Shown here: piece after piece, positions 1-9,098 of the stretch
How positions within the stretch are numbered: the stretch's first letter is position 1
Layout: each line of letters starts with the position of its first letter
DNA from: Kiritimatiellia bacterium
GTDB taxonomy: Bacteria > Verrucomicrobiota > Kiritimatiellia > SLAD01
Assembly (NCBI GenBank): GCA_007136425.1
Contig: SLGY01000191.1
Span: 1-56,470 of the forward strand
Length of the DNA: 56,470 nucleotides
Direction: 5' to 3'
Notes under the pieces: model-generated
What the model saw: the letters and a program-made list of their open reading frames with translations, nothing else
Databases searched by the model: none
Told to the model about the DNA's origin: nothing
Position numbers and translations under genes: made by a program

Positions 1-1029
1 ACCGCCCTCCATAATCCCTCCTATGACCGGTTCATTGAAGAACTCAAGGCAGCGCAGATAACGGTCTTCGACCCGTCCGAGCTGTTGGTACGACGCAAGA
101 CGGAAAGCGGAAACGCACAGTACCTGGCCACCGACACCCATTGGCGCCCGGAAGCGATGGATGCCGCCGCAAAGGAGCTGGCGCGCAGGCTAACCCGCAC
201 GGAGCGGCTCAATACGCCGGGCGGTCCGGGCGGGGGAAGCGCGTTTCGCCGACAACCCGTCGAGCTCGCGGCTCTTGGGGATATTGCACTCATGCTGGAT
301 CTGCCCGACGATCAAACCATCTTCCCGCCCGAACCGGTCACGATCCATCAGGTACTCACCGACGACGACCAATTCTGGCGCCCGACCGAGAACGCGGAGG
401 TACTCGTACTCGGGGACAGTTTCAGCAACATCTACTCGCTCGAACCCATGGGCTGGGGGGAATCGGCCGGATTTGTCGAGCAATTGAGCTATCACTTGAA
501 CGCGCCCGTGGACCGGCTTGTACGCAACGATAGCGGGGCGTATGCCACACGCGACATGCTGAGCCGCGAACTCGCACGCGGACGCGATCGGCTGGCCGGC
601 AAGCAAGTCGTGATCTGGCAATTTGCCGCGCGCGAACTGGCCGTGGGCGACTGGCGCATGATCCCGCTGGAATTGCGCGATCCGCCGGACACGGCATTTG
701 TCGTTCCGGATTCCGGCGAAACGCTCACGGTGAACGGCGTCGTGCAGGAAATCTCGCCGGTTCCCCGGCCCGGGACGGTGCCGTACCGCGACCATATCGC
801 ATCCCTTCACCTCGTCGACGTGGAAGGCGGCGAGGCCGTCGTCTACATGCGCAGCATGATCGACAACGAATGGACGCGCGCCGCCCGCCTGCGGCAGGGC
901 GAGAGAATCACTGTCACGCTCCGGCCCTGGTCCGATGTCGCCGACCGCTACGACGGAATCAACCGCTCCGAACTCGACGACTGGGAACTCCAACTGCAGG
1001 AACCCTGTTGGGGGCAGTGGCCGGAATGA
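1..1029 (+). CDS. AlgX/AlgJ-like SGNH-fold polysaccharide O-acetyltransferase family protein, 5' partial, with a C-terminal extension of about 110 aa
   Basis: Frame 1 is open from nt 1, so the CDS enters from upstream. It has a DTHW motif (LATDTHWRPEA) and a downstream GDS block (VLVLGDSFSNIY). It shares the tail motif KQVVIWQFAARE with the paralogue at 3625..4656. A further 110 aa or so (about 685..1026) follow the SGNH core. Confidence 0.6.
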   Translation, partial: TALHNPSYDRFIEELKAAQITVFDPSELLVRRKTESGNAQYLATDTHWRPEAMDAAAKELARRLTRTERLNTPGGPGGGSAFRRQPVELAALGDIALMLDLPDDQTIFPPEPVTIHQVLTDDDQFWRPTENAEVLVLGDSFSNIYSLEPMGWGESAGFVEQLSYHLNAPVDRLVRNDSGAYATRDMLSRELARGRDRLAGKQVVIWQFAARELAVGDWRMIPLELRDPPDTAFVVPDSGETLTVNGVVQEISPVPRPGTVPYRDHIASLHLVDVEGGEAVVYMRSMIDNEWTRAARLRQGERITVTLRPWSDVADRYDGINRSELDDWELQLQEPCWGQWPE

Positions 1030-1069
1030 AATAGGATTCTGCCTGTGTCACTCTGTTTGTCACGAGGCG

Positions 1070-3580
1070 TCATTGGTTTTCATCAATCCACTGCACCACG
1101 TATTCCCGATCCGCGGGACTGACGGCCTGGATGGGGACCTGAATCAAGCGCCCGTCCTCCCTCTCCAGCTCCAGCATTCGCCCATCGACCGTAATCAGCC
1201 GCGCGGATATGGTCGCGCCCTGAGCGTCGGTCCATTTGCGATACGCGATTACAGGCTCGTCGGGCTCATCCGGTTCCTCGGGCAGAGGCTCATCACCGAT
1301 TCGTTCCACTTCGAGCGTCTTTTCGCGTTCATTGAAACGGAATAGATAGAGTCCGTTCCATCGTCCGCGGGCGATGAAGTCCGGCCCCATTCGACGCACC
1401 GAGACAGTCAGCGGCGGCTCAAGGGAGACGCGACCGGCGGGACGTCCCCAATAGATGGCGTCATAATCATTGGCGGTTATCTTGAAGCGCGGATCTTCGA
1501 TGTCATCGAAAAAGAAGCGGCCCTCCCAGAGCTGATCCGCCACATGCTCAAATGGCCACGCCGTAGGACTCCAGTCATTGAATGTTCCGGCCAGATTAAT
1601 CGTGCGCCATATGGAGAACGGCTCATCCGGGGCGGGCGCGCGTTCCGGCTCGGGTGCCGGTTCGGGGCGCCGCGCTTCGCCGGGCCGGTCCACGAGCGAA
1701 AAGATGCGCGCACTGTAGGGCGCCAACCGCGCTTGTGCGCGCGTGCCGGATTCCAGCGTGAACGGACGCGCTTCGTGCGGTCGCTCCCCGCCGTATGTCT
1801 CCCAATCCGTGTTCATCCGCAAGGTCCATGTGCCCTGTACTGGGAACGGGATGATCACATCCGATTCCGTCCCGGAAAAGTTGAAGGCGACCACGACGGG
1901 ATCGCGCGGGGCGTCCTCATGTCCGCGCCAATACACCAGATGTTTGAGTTCATCATCCACCACGGGCACCTGAATGCGGCGCCCCTGCAATCCGATGGTG
2001 TGCCCTTCCATGTTGCGTCGCAGGGCAATCAGATCGCGGTGCAGTTGCAGGGTCCCTTCATGGCGCCGGGCTTGGGACCAGTCCAACGGGCGATCGTCAT
2101 GCCAAGTCCCCCCTTCCTGGAATTCGTTCCCCATGAAAAGCAATGGGATGCCCGGCGCGGTAAAGGTCAGCACGGCGCCCAACGCGCTGAGCCGGCGCGC
2201 ATAGTCGCTGCCGGGATCGCCGGGATCAATGTCGGACGCAAGACGTTGATTGTCGTTCAACTTGCCCGCTTCGTCATGGTTATCGACGTAGACGACGCGC
2301 CACATGCGCGGAACGCGTGTGAGCGCGCTTCTGAGCTGCCGCATGTCGCGCTCCAGATCCGTGCGCGCGGTGAGGACGGGTCTGATCTGATTATGGAATT
2401 CATAATCCCACGAGGCGTGGAAGTTCCCGATTCCCAACGAATCTTCCGCAATACTCCAGCGCCCGGGGAAGCGCTCTTTGATTTCACGGTTGATGTCTTC
2501 AAGCATCTGCGCGCCTTCGGGGATGGGATCACGCCCGTCGTTGTACGCTCGAATATTCACCGTCGAATCCCAGCGGAATCCGTCCACACGATATTCTTCC
2601 AACCACATCAGCGCGTTGTCCCGGATGAACCGACGCACCATCGGCTGTTCGAAACGCACACGGGGCCCCCACGGCGTCATGGCAATCCGGTCGGCGTCAT
2701 AAAAATAAATCCCGCCTCGATCAACCTGGCCGGCGCCGTCGAATCGAATCAAATCGAGATTTTCCGGTCCGTAATGATTGTGCACGATGTCCAAGTGCAC
2801 CGCCAACCCGCGCTTATGACACGCTTCCACGAAGCGCTTGAAAGCGTCCGGCCCGCCGTACGCCTGCTCGACGGCGAAGAGATCGCTCGGATTATAGCCC
2901 CAGCTGTGATCTCCATTAAATTCGTGTACCGGCATGACGCAAATCGTATTGACGCCCAATTCCACAAGATGGTCCAGACGCCGGATTGCGTCATCGAACG
3001 TCGCGGGCATCCCGTTTCCCGGGCGCGGATCGAAATACGTGCCGATATGCATTTCGTAGATGACGAGCTCCTCCAGATCGTAACGGGGCGGCTCAACAGT
3101 GGCCCAACGAAAGGCGTCCGGATCGTAGAATACCGACTTGGATTCATCCGCCGACACTTTGCGCCCGTAGGGATCGCGTCGGCGTAGTTCATCGTTGATC
3201 AGGAATTGGTATTCGCCGCGCGGCCGACTGCCGCGAATGACGCCGCTCCACACTCCCGTGCGCCGATCAAACTCCAGATAATCGCTTGAACGCGGACGCC
3301 AGCCGTTGAAGTCGCCAATCACCGCCACGGAATCCGCGTTGGGCGCCCAGACACGATACGTCGTGGCTCCGCGCTCAAATTGCACGCCCATCGGTTCCTC
3401 TAACAGCGGAATGCTTCCGAGACATACGCCGGCAAACAAGCCTATCGCCCACGCCAAACGGGCCGGATTCAGGATAAAAAAGCTATATCGCACGGCGGAA
3501 CTTGCCTTTCCACGAAGGGGCCGACGCCTTGAATCATCCAAACATACTGCATACCAAGCCGCCCGCAATCTGGCAAACAT
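1070..3580 (-). CDS. GH13 alpha-glucan-active enzyme (branching-enzyme-like) with an extra C-terminal beta-domain and an SHD1-like tail
   Basis: CBM48-like N-domain (YRVWAPNADSVAVIGDFNGW). GH13 conserved regions are present: DIVHNH, DGFRWDS, WSIAED, YVDNHDE. Pro/Glu-rich linkers are followed by a GTFNDW domain and a terminal WTDAQG...VSPADREYV (SHD1-like) segment. The start is ambiguous: M1 (3580) gives a hydrophobic N-terminal segment, whereas M64 (3391) has the better RBS (AGAGGA). Confidence 0.8.
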   Translation of the reverse strand: MFARLRAAWYAVCLDDSRRRPLRGKASSAVRYSFFILNPARLAWAIGLFAGVCLGSIPLLEEPMGVQFERGATTYRVWAPNADSVAVIGDFNGWRPRSSDYLEFDRRTGVWSGVIRGSRPRGEYQFLINDELRRRDPYGRKVSADESKSVFYDPDAFRWATVEPPRYDLEELVIYEMHIGTYFDPRPGNGMPATFDDAIRRLDHLVELGVNTICVMPVHEFNGDHSWGYNPSDLFAVEQAYGGPDAFKRFVEACHKRGLAVHLDIVHNHYGPENLDLIRFDGAGQVDRGGIYFYDADRIAMTPWGPRVRFEQPMVRRFIRDNALMWLEEYRVDGFRWDSTVNIRAYNDGRDPIPEGAQMLEDINREIKERFPGRWSIAEDSLGIGNFHASWDYEFHNQIRPVLTARTDLERDMRQLRSALTRVPRMWRVVYVDNHDEAGKLNDNQRLASDIDPGDPGSDYARRLSALGAVLTFTAPGIPLLFMGNEFQEGGTWHDDRPLDWSQARRHEGTLQLHRDLIALRRNMEGHTIGLQGRRIQVPVVDDELKHLVYWRGHEDAPRDPVVVAFNFSGTESDVIIPFPVQGTWTLRMNTDWETYGGERPHEARPFTLESGTRAQARLAPYSARIFSLVDRPGEARRPEPAPEPERAPAPDEPFSIWRTINLAGTFNDWSPTAWPFEHVADQLWEGRFFFDDIEDPRFKITANDYDAIYWGRPAGRVSLEPPLTVSVRRMGPDFIARGRWNGLYLFRFNEREKTLEVERIGDEPLPEEPDEPDEPVIAYRKWTDAQGATISARLITVDGRMLELEREDGRLIQVPIQAVSPADREYVVQWIDENQ

Positions 3581-3624
3581 TCAAGGCGAACAATTATACG
3601 CACGACCGTTGACTTTTTCCGCAA

Positions 3625-4656
3625 ATGACGTTGAATGATCCCATGAACTTCAAAATCAACATAGCCATTGCAATACTAGCGGCGGCCGGGATGGTGCGCG
3701 GCGAAGAAGCAGCGATCACCGAGTTCAAGCGATTGGCCGAGAAAGCCTCGCTGCAAGGGGAAACGGTTATCGAAGGACAAGACGGCTGGTATTTCTTCAT
3801 GCCGGAATTGCGACATCTCGGCGCGGGCCCTTTCTGGGGCGAGGACGCATTTCTCGTGAGCCGCGCACAGCGCGAAGACGCCATGGACCCGTTGCCGGCC
3901 ATTCTGGCGTTTCACGAAGCGCTCGAGGCCAGAGACGTACAACTGATCCTCGCGCCTGTCCCGCCGAAAGCCGTCGTGTACGACCATAAACTGCCGGGGC
4001 GCGACGACAGCAGCTTTGCGGGACGGCCCGATCCACATCATCAAGCCTTTTATGATCTGCTCCGTAGCGAAGGCATAACCGTATTGGACCTGACACAGAC
4101 ATTCCGCGACGGAATCGATCACGAACGCGGCCCGCTGTACTGTCTGCAGGACACGCATTGGTCCGGAGTGGCTTGCGTGATCGCCGCCGAAACTATCGCT
4201 GAAAAGGTCGCTCCGCTGCTCACGGACATGGAACGACAGGAGTTTGATACGAAATGGCGTAGCATTGAGATCACCGGCGATCTTTGGCGTATGCTCGACG
4301 AGCCGTCCCTGGCCAAGGAGGAGCTGCCTGTCCGCGCGGTGACCGGCGCCGCACCGGATCCCGACAGCCCGGTACTGCTTCTGGGCGACAGTCATACCCT
4401 TGTCTTCCAGGCGGGCGGAGACATGCATTATTCCGGAGCGGGCTTGGCCGATCAACTCGCCGTGACCCTGGGGGTTCCGGTCGACCTGATCGGTGTGCGC
4501 GGATCAGGCGCCACCCCCGCACGCATCAACCTTTTCCGTCGCACGCAACGGAATCCGGACTATTGGGACAACAAGCAGGTCGTCATCTGGGTCTTCGCCG
4601 CCCGCGAGTTTACGGAAAGCGACGGCTGGCGGATCGTGCCGATTGCCCGGGATTAA
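3625..4656 (+). CDS. AlgX/AlgJ-like SGNH-fold protein (short form, no C-terminal extension)
   Basis: Signal-like N-terminus (NFKINIAIAILAAAGMVRG). Motifs CLQDTHW, LLLGDSHTLVF and KQVVIWVFAAREF are all shared with the CDS at 1..1029. Confidence 0.6.
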   Translation: MTLNDPMNFKINIAIAILAAAGMVRGEEAAITEFKRLAEKASLQGETVIEGQDGWYFFMPELRHLGAGPFWGEDAFLVSRAQREDAMDPLPAILAFHEALEARDVQLILAPVPPKAVVYDHKLPGRDDSSFAGRPDPHHQAFYDLLRSEGITVLDLTQTFRDGIDHERGPLYCLQDTHWSGVACVIAAETIAEKVAPLLTDMERQEFDTKWRSIEITGDLWRMLDEPSLAKEELPVRAVTGAAPDPDSPVLLLGDSHTLVFQAGGDMHYSGAGLADQLAVTLGVPVDLIGVRGSGATPARINLFRRTQRNPDYWDNKQVVIWVFAAREFTESDGWRIVPIARD

Positions 4657-5393
4657 AAGTGATATGCGAAACCGAGGCTGACAACCGGATAGATCTTCAG
4701 CCAATCCAGAACATCCGTCGTTTCCGAACGAACCGAGTTGAGATCGCTTTCGAAGGGTTCATTGCCCGCTTCGGTTCCATTGGAGGACAGTCGGAAACTA
4801 TAGTCCTGCAGCATCACACCGATATCCAGGGACACGGTCAGCAAGGCGTCGGGTTTCACGCTATTGCCCCATCCGATACCCAGATACGGCGCTACGGTTT
4901 CGTAGGACGCCCTGCCGCGTAACCGCCCCATTTGTTCCGGCGTATAGACGTTCCCGTTAAGAATCGCGTTCCGATCCGGCTCCCCCTCCACCGTTACCTC
5001 CATGTCCGAAATCACGAGGCCGGCGCTGATTCGGAAGTTCTTCAAACGCGTGGGATACAGGTCCAGCATCAAACGGGCGCCGAGTGATTCAAGGTCATAA
5101 TCAAAATCCACCCGTTCAATGGTCGTCTTGTAGGTAGCGGACAGATATGTTGCGGTGGCGCGGAAATTAAGCCATGGCGCGATATGAACGGTTGATTCCG
5201 CCCCGAACCCCAGCGTGCCGGCGTTGAGACCTACCGAAATACCCGTCCATTCGAAGGCTTCCGGATTCGGACGCCCCAAGGCGTCATATGGATGGATTGT
5301 TCTCGTGTGTTGGTGTTGCGCCCAGCCAGCGGACGCAAAGGCAAGCATCGAGAGACAGACAACAAATGACAATCGCTTTCTATTCATACGCAC
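4653..5393 (-). CDS. outer-membrane beta-barrel protein
   Basis: Signal peptide (LSFVVCLSMLAFASAGWAQ), alternating hydrophobic beta-strand pattern, and a C-terminal GFAYHF aromatic terminus typical of OM barrels. Confidence 0.6.
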   Translation of the reverse strand: MRMNRKRLSFVVCLSMLAFASAGWAQHQHTRTIHPYDALGRPNPEAFEWTGISVGLNAGTLGFGAESTVHIAPWLNFRATATYLSATYKTTIERVDFDYDLESLGARLMLDLYPTRLKNFRISAGLVISDMEVTVEGEPDRNAILNGNVYTPEQMGRLRGRASYETVAPYLGIGWGNSVKPDALLTVSLDIGVMLQDYSFRLSSNGTEAGNEPFESDLNSVRSETTDVLDWLKIYPVVSLGFAYHF

Positions 5394-5458
5394 CTATCAG
5401 ATGATTAAAATAAGCACGCAGCGTATCGCGCGGGATGGGAATGTCAACGCCATAAGGA

Positions 5459-6379
5459 ATGCGCGACGTCGAATATTCTCGAACGGCGGGCGCCGTGCGA
5501 GTTAATGTGCGCTTCATGCAAACGGCCCAAGACAACGTTAGAGATACGCGTTGGGACGACGAAACATCAGCGAACGCCGCCAACGGTCATTCCGTGCGGG
5601 TTGCTGTCGATACCCACGTACACGTCTATGACTGCTTTGATCTCGATACCTTTTTCGACGCGGCAACGCACAATTTTGATGTCGGCACGCCACAGGAACA
5701 GAGTCAGCCCCGCATGGATCTCCTGTGCCTGACGGATACGCACGGCGAACAGACCGACACGCGCTTGTGCGAAACCGTCCGTCACAGCAAAGCGTGGAGC
5801 TTTTCCTATATCGAAGATCAAGCCGCCGTTTGCGCGGAACACCGGGAAGGGCGACGCCTGTATCTGTTGCCGGGCCGCCAAATCGTTTCCAAAGAGAACA
5901 TTGAGGTCTTGGGACTGGACTGTCGTTATGATGCAGTCGATCGCAGTTCGGATCTGAGCACCCTCATCGATGGCATTCATCAAGCCGGAGGGATTCCCGT
6001 CATTCCATGGGGCTTCGGCAAGTGGACCGGTAAACGCGGACAATGCCTGCGCACGCTCCTGAGCGCCCGCGCTGATTTCTGGTTGGCGGACAGCGGGAAT
6101 CGCCCTGTCTGCTCCGCGGAACCGGCGCTTTTTAAGGAAGCACGGCAACGCGGGGTACCCGTCCTGGCGGGAAGTGATCCGCTGCCCCTTTCCCGTCACG
6201 CGTCACGGGCCGGCTCTTTCGGGATATACGGAATGACGGGTCCCGTCGAAGCTCATCCGGGCCGCGTGCTGCGCGGCTTGCTAAAAGAACTTACCGCATG
6301 GCAGATTTTCGGTCGGCGTTCGTCGCCGTTCGAGTTTCTGATCAGCCAATCGCTGCTTCGTTTTCGAAAAGGTAAATAA
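5459..6379 (+). CDS. hypothetical protein, possible metal-dependent hydrolase (HxH motif)
   Basis: Long ORF in an otherwise uncovered interval. The motif VAVDTHVHVYD near the N-terminus resembles PHP/amidohydrolase metal-binding HxH. The start codon is uncertain. Confidence 0.4.
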   Translation: MRDVEYSRTAGAVRVNVRFMQTAQDNVRDTRWDDETSANAANGHSVRVAVDTHVHVYDCFDLDTFFDAATHNFDVGTPQEQSQPRMDLLCLTDTHGEQTDTRLCETVRHSKAWSFSYIEDQAAVCAEHREGRRLYLLPGRQIVSKENIEVLGLDCRYDAVDRSSDLSTLIDGIHQAGGIPVIPWGFGKWTGKRGQCLRTLLSARADFWLADSGNRPVCSAEPALFKEARQRGVPVLAGSDPLPLSRHASRAGSFGIYGMTGPVEAHPGRVLRGLLKELTAWQIFGRRSSPFEFLISQSLLRFRKGK

Positions 6380-6494
6380 TCCAGACATCTGAAGAGCCTG
6401 AACCCGGTCTTCCAGTAAACCATCCACCTCAGCTATCAACCGGATTCGCTTGCCATCCAACCTCGCTTGGGGCTACCAATACGGGGTGGCAAGC

Positions 6495-9098
6495 ATGAAG
6501 AATAGTATGCGCAAGAGATGGGCGAAAGCGGGGCTGTGGATCTTCGGGTTGGCTTTGGCCACATTAATCCTGAGCGCCCTGTTGTCCTGGCCGCTCCCTC
6601 GGTTCTTCAACACCGGAATCCCGTCCTCCTCTCGCAACATCGAGAACCCGGCATGGCGGTACGGCATAGCGGGCGATCACCTGCAGTTGATGTATCACTT
6701 CGATCTCATGCGCGAAATGATACATCGCCGTATTCCGTGGTTTCACAATGTGTATGAGTTCAATACGGGATCGGACGACGAGCGCTTCTGGCCCAGTGCC
6801 TATTTCTTTCCGCTTTCCGCCGTCTACGGTGTGCTGGCGGAACGGATCGGACAAGCCACGGCATGGAACTTCACGTGGTGGCTATCCGTCTGGTTGAGCG
6901 CCTTATGCATGTGGGGCTGGCTTCGTCGCTTCACGCGGGATCCCGTCGCCATCGGTCTGGGCGTATTGATCGCCCTGTTGCTTCCGTTTCGCTGGACCAG
7001 CCTGTTCGGCGGGAGTCCGTCCGGTATGGCGTTGCTATGGGTGCCGCTCACGGCATGGGGCGTCGATGTGGCCGTCCGGGAAGCCCGCCCTTGGGCCGGG
7101 GCATGGGTAGGCGCATCCCTGCTGATGTGCTTTTGGGCCGACTTGCAGGTCTTCTATTTCACGGCATTGGCCACCCCCCTCTTCGCTCTCCTCAGCCTAT
7201 GCGCTGCACCCTCGTTACGCGATCTGCCTTGGAAACAATGGTGGCGCGTCCTACCCGCGGGTTTAGTCTTTCTCGGCGTCATGCTGGCGTATCATCGCTG
7301 GCGCAAGGGATTACTCGCGGAATCGTTGATGGGCGAAGGACGGACACTGGAAGAAGTAGCCATCTTTTCGCCCGCGCGCTATGCCGTACTGCTGCCCGAC
7401 CGCGCCGTGGATGAAACCGTCTTTGTCGGGTGGGTCGCCCTTATCGCCCTCCTCGTGGGCTCGACTTTTCTCTGGCACGCGGCACGAAGCAACGGGCAGC
7501 ACGCCCGGCGCCGTTTCCTGTTGTACCTCGCACTGGGCGGCGTGGCGTTCATCACTTTGTTGCTGGCGATCGGCGTGCATAGCCCGCGCGAGGGATGGAT
7601 ACTGCGACAAGCCCGCGCGCTGGTGCCCTATTACGAAATGATCCGACAACCCTTCAAAATCTACGCCGTGATGACCATGTGGCTCGGCTGGTTACTCGCC
7701 GTGGGATGGTCGGCGCAACCGGGCGAAACACATGCATGGCGACGCACGCGATGGACTTTGGCCGGCCTGATCGCGTTGGGCATGATCCTGGAAATAGGAC
7801 GACCTATCTCCGCCACGATTACCCTGCTCCCCACGCGGCAAGGCGCCTATGAAGCGGTCCAAGGTCATGCCCACGAACAGGGCACCGCGCCGGCACACGC
7901 GTTGGTCGTGCCCCTCTGGCCGGGAGACTCCGCCGAAACCTCGGTACCCATCTATTATGCGCATCGATACAACCTGCGCCTCGTAAACGGCTACAGCCCG
8001 GTTGTCAGCACGGCGTATTTCACGAACATTTTCCGGCGCCTGGAAAGCGTCAATCAGGGCCGGCTCGAAGACGCACAGGCGGACTTCCTGCTCGAACGAG
8101 GAATTCATTATGTGCTGCTGCATGAAAACCGGTTTCCCGAACGCGTCAGCCCTTTCCCCGTAGGCTTGACGCGCGACCGACTGATGGCGCATCCGCGACT
8201 GGCACTGCTGGAAAAGGATGGACCGGTGACCGCCTTTCGTATTCTAGCGGAGCCGACCGACGAACAACGGACGATCCGCGACGTCCCTGTACGCTTCCCA
8301 ACCCGCGTTTGGAATTTCAGTCGCCTTGATGATGAACCCGACATACGGGTGGAACGCGAGACTGCGCACGGCGGCGCCTATCGCGTGTTCAACGACCACG
8401 CGCCGGACTTCAGCGCCGGCCCTTGGCGGGTAGCGCCCGCGGACGACTTGCACTGGTTATTGCGAATGCGCGGCGACGCAACCATCAGGATCGGCATGCA
8501 ACAGGGCGCGGAGCAGGTGGTTTGGAAGGAGGGGCTGCCCGTACAAACGAAGTACTGGCAATGGCACGCGGTTCCATTGCCGGCCCTGACCGGATTCGAG
8601 CCCATACGCTTCTACCTGGAACACGTAGACGGAACGCTCGAAGCCGATGTGGGCTTGTTACTGGCGGGAGACTGGCCCATTGCACCTGAGCCGGGCGAAG
8701 ACCAAAAGATTCTTGCCGCCGACTTCTTCCATGCCGGACATCGTATGGCAACCACCCAATCCGTCCGGTTTCGGCCGAACCACGATCCGGACACCGGCGT
8801 GTTGTATGGGCCCAAACTTCCGTTAGCCGCTGGAGATTACGCCGTCGATTGGTCCATCGACACCGACGCGCCGGCCGGCACGGCGCTCGGCACATTGATC
8901 CTTCATGATCATGCGACCGGCACACGCACGCGTTTCCCCGTCTATGCGGGCACGCCGACGCAAATGACTTGGACGCAACCCGACAACCACGTGGTAAACT
9001 GGATATTCGAATACGCGCGATCGGCAACGGTGGATGTCCATCACGCCGTATTGCGCCGAAACGAACCGGTTGTCGATGACGAGGTTGCCGCCCCATGA
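6495..9098 (+). CDS. large polytopic membrane protein with a C-terminal soluble domain (GT-C/YfhO-like architecture, putative glycan transferase or polymerase)
   Basis: About a dozen hydrophobic helices in the first 480 aa or so, then a non-membrane domain of about 390 aa. ATG at 6495 is preferred over the TTG at 6450. The stop overlaps the next start (ATGA at 9095-9098). Confidence 0.55.
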   Translation: MKNSMRKRWAKAGLWIFGLALATLILSALLSWPLPRFFNTGIPSSSRNIENPAWRYGIAGDHLQLMYHFDLMREMIHRRIPWFHNVYEFNTGSDDERFWPSAYFFPLSAVYGVLAERIGQATAWNFTWWLSVWLSALCMWGWLRRFTRDPVAIGLGVLIALLLPFRWTSLFGGSPSGMALLWVPLTAWGVDVAVREARPWAGAWVGASLLMCFWADLQVFYFTALATPLFALLSLCAAPSLRDLPWKQWWRVLPAGLVFLGVMLAYHRWRKGLLAESLMGEGRTLEEVAIFSPARYAVLLPDRAVDETVFVGWVALIALLVGSTFLWHAARSNGQHARRRFLLYLALGGVAFITLLLAIGVHSPREGWILRQARALVPYYEMIRQPFKIYAVMTMWLGWLLAVGWSAQPGETHAWRRTRWTLAGLIALGMILEIGRPISATITLLPTRQGAYEAVQGHAHEQGTAPAHALVVPLWPGDSAETSVPIYYAHRYNLRLVNGYSPVVSTAYFTNIFRRLESVNQGRLEDAQADFLLERGIHYVLLHENRFPERVSPFPVGLTRDRLMAHPRLALLEKDGPVTAFRILAEPTDEQRTIRDVPVRFPTRVWNFSRLDDEPDIRVERETAHGGAYRVFNDHAPDFSAGPWRVAPADDLHWLLRMRGDATIRIGMQQGAEQVVWKEGLPVQTKYWQWHAVPLPALTGFEPIRFYLEHVDGTLEADVGLLLAGDWPIAPEPGEDQKILAADFFHAGHRMATTQSVRFRPNHDPDTGVLYGPKLPLAAGDYAVDWSIDTDAPAGTALGTLILHDHATGTRTRFPVYAGTPTQMTWTQPDNHVVNWIFEYARSATVDVHHAVLRRNEPVVDDEVAAP

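Noticed and set aside
1544-3187. 547-aa plus-strand ORF
   Set aside because: It is antisense to the GH13 gene, has no recognisable motifs, and looks like a shadow ORF. The same reasoning applies to 12878..13891, 25034..26032, 26418..27392, 43188..43958, 46582..47328, 49357..50154, 51951..52940 and 54269..55093.
3581-3624. Divergent promoter pair in the 44-bp spacer (TATAAT on the minus strand at 3593..3598, TTGACT on the plus strand at 3608..3613)
   Set aside because: These are isolated hexamers without properly spaced partner elements, and the gene starts on both sides are uncertain. It is mentioned only as context for the GH13 start ambiguity.
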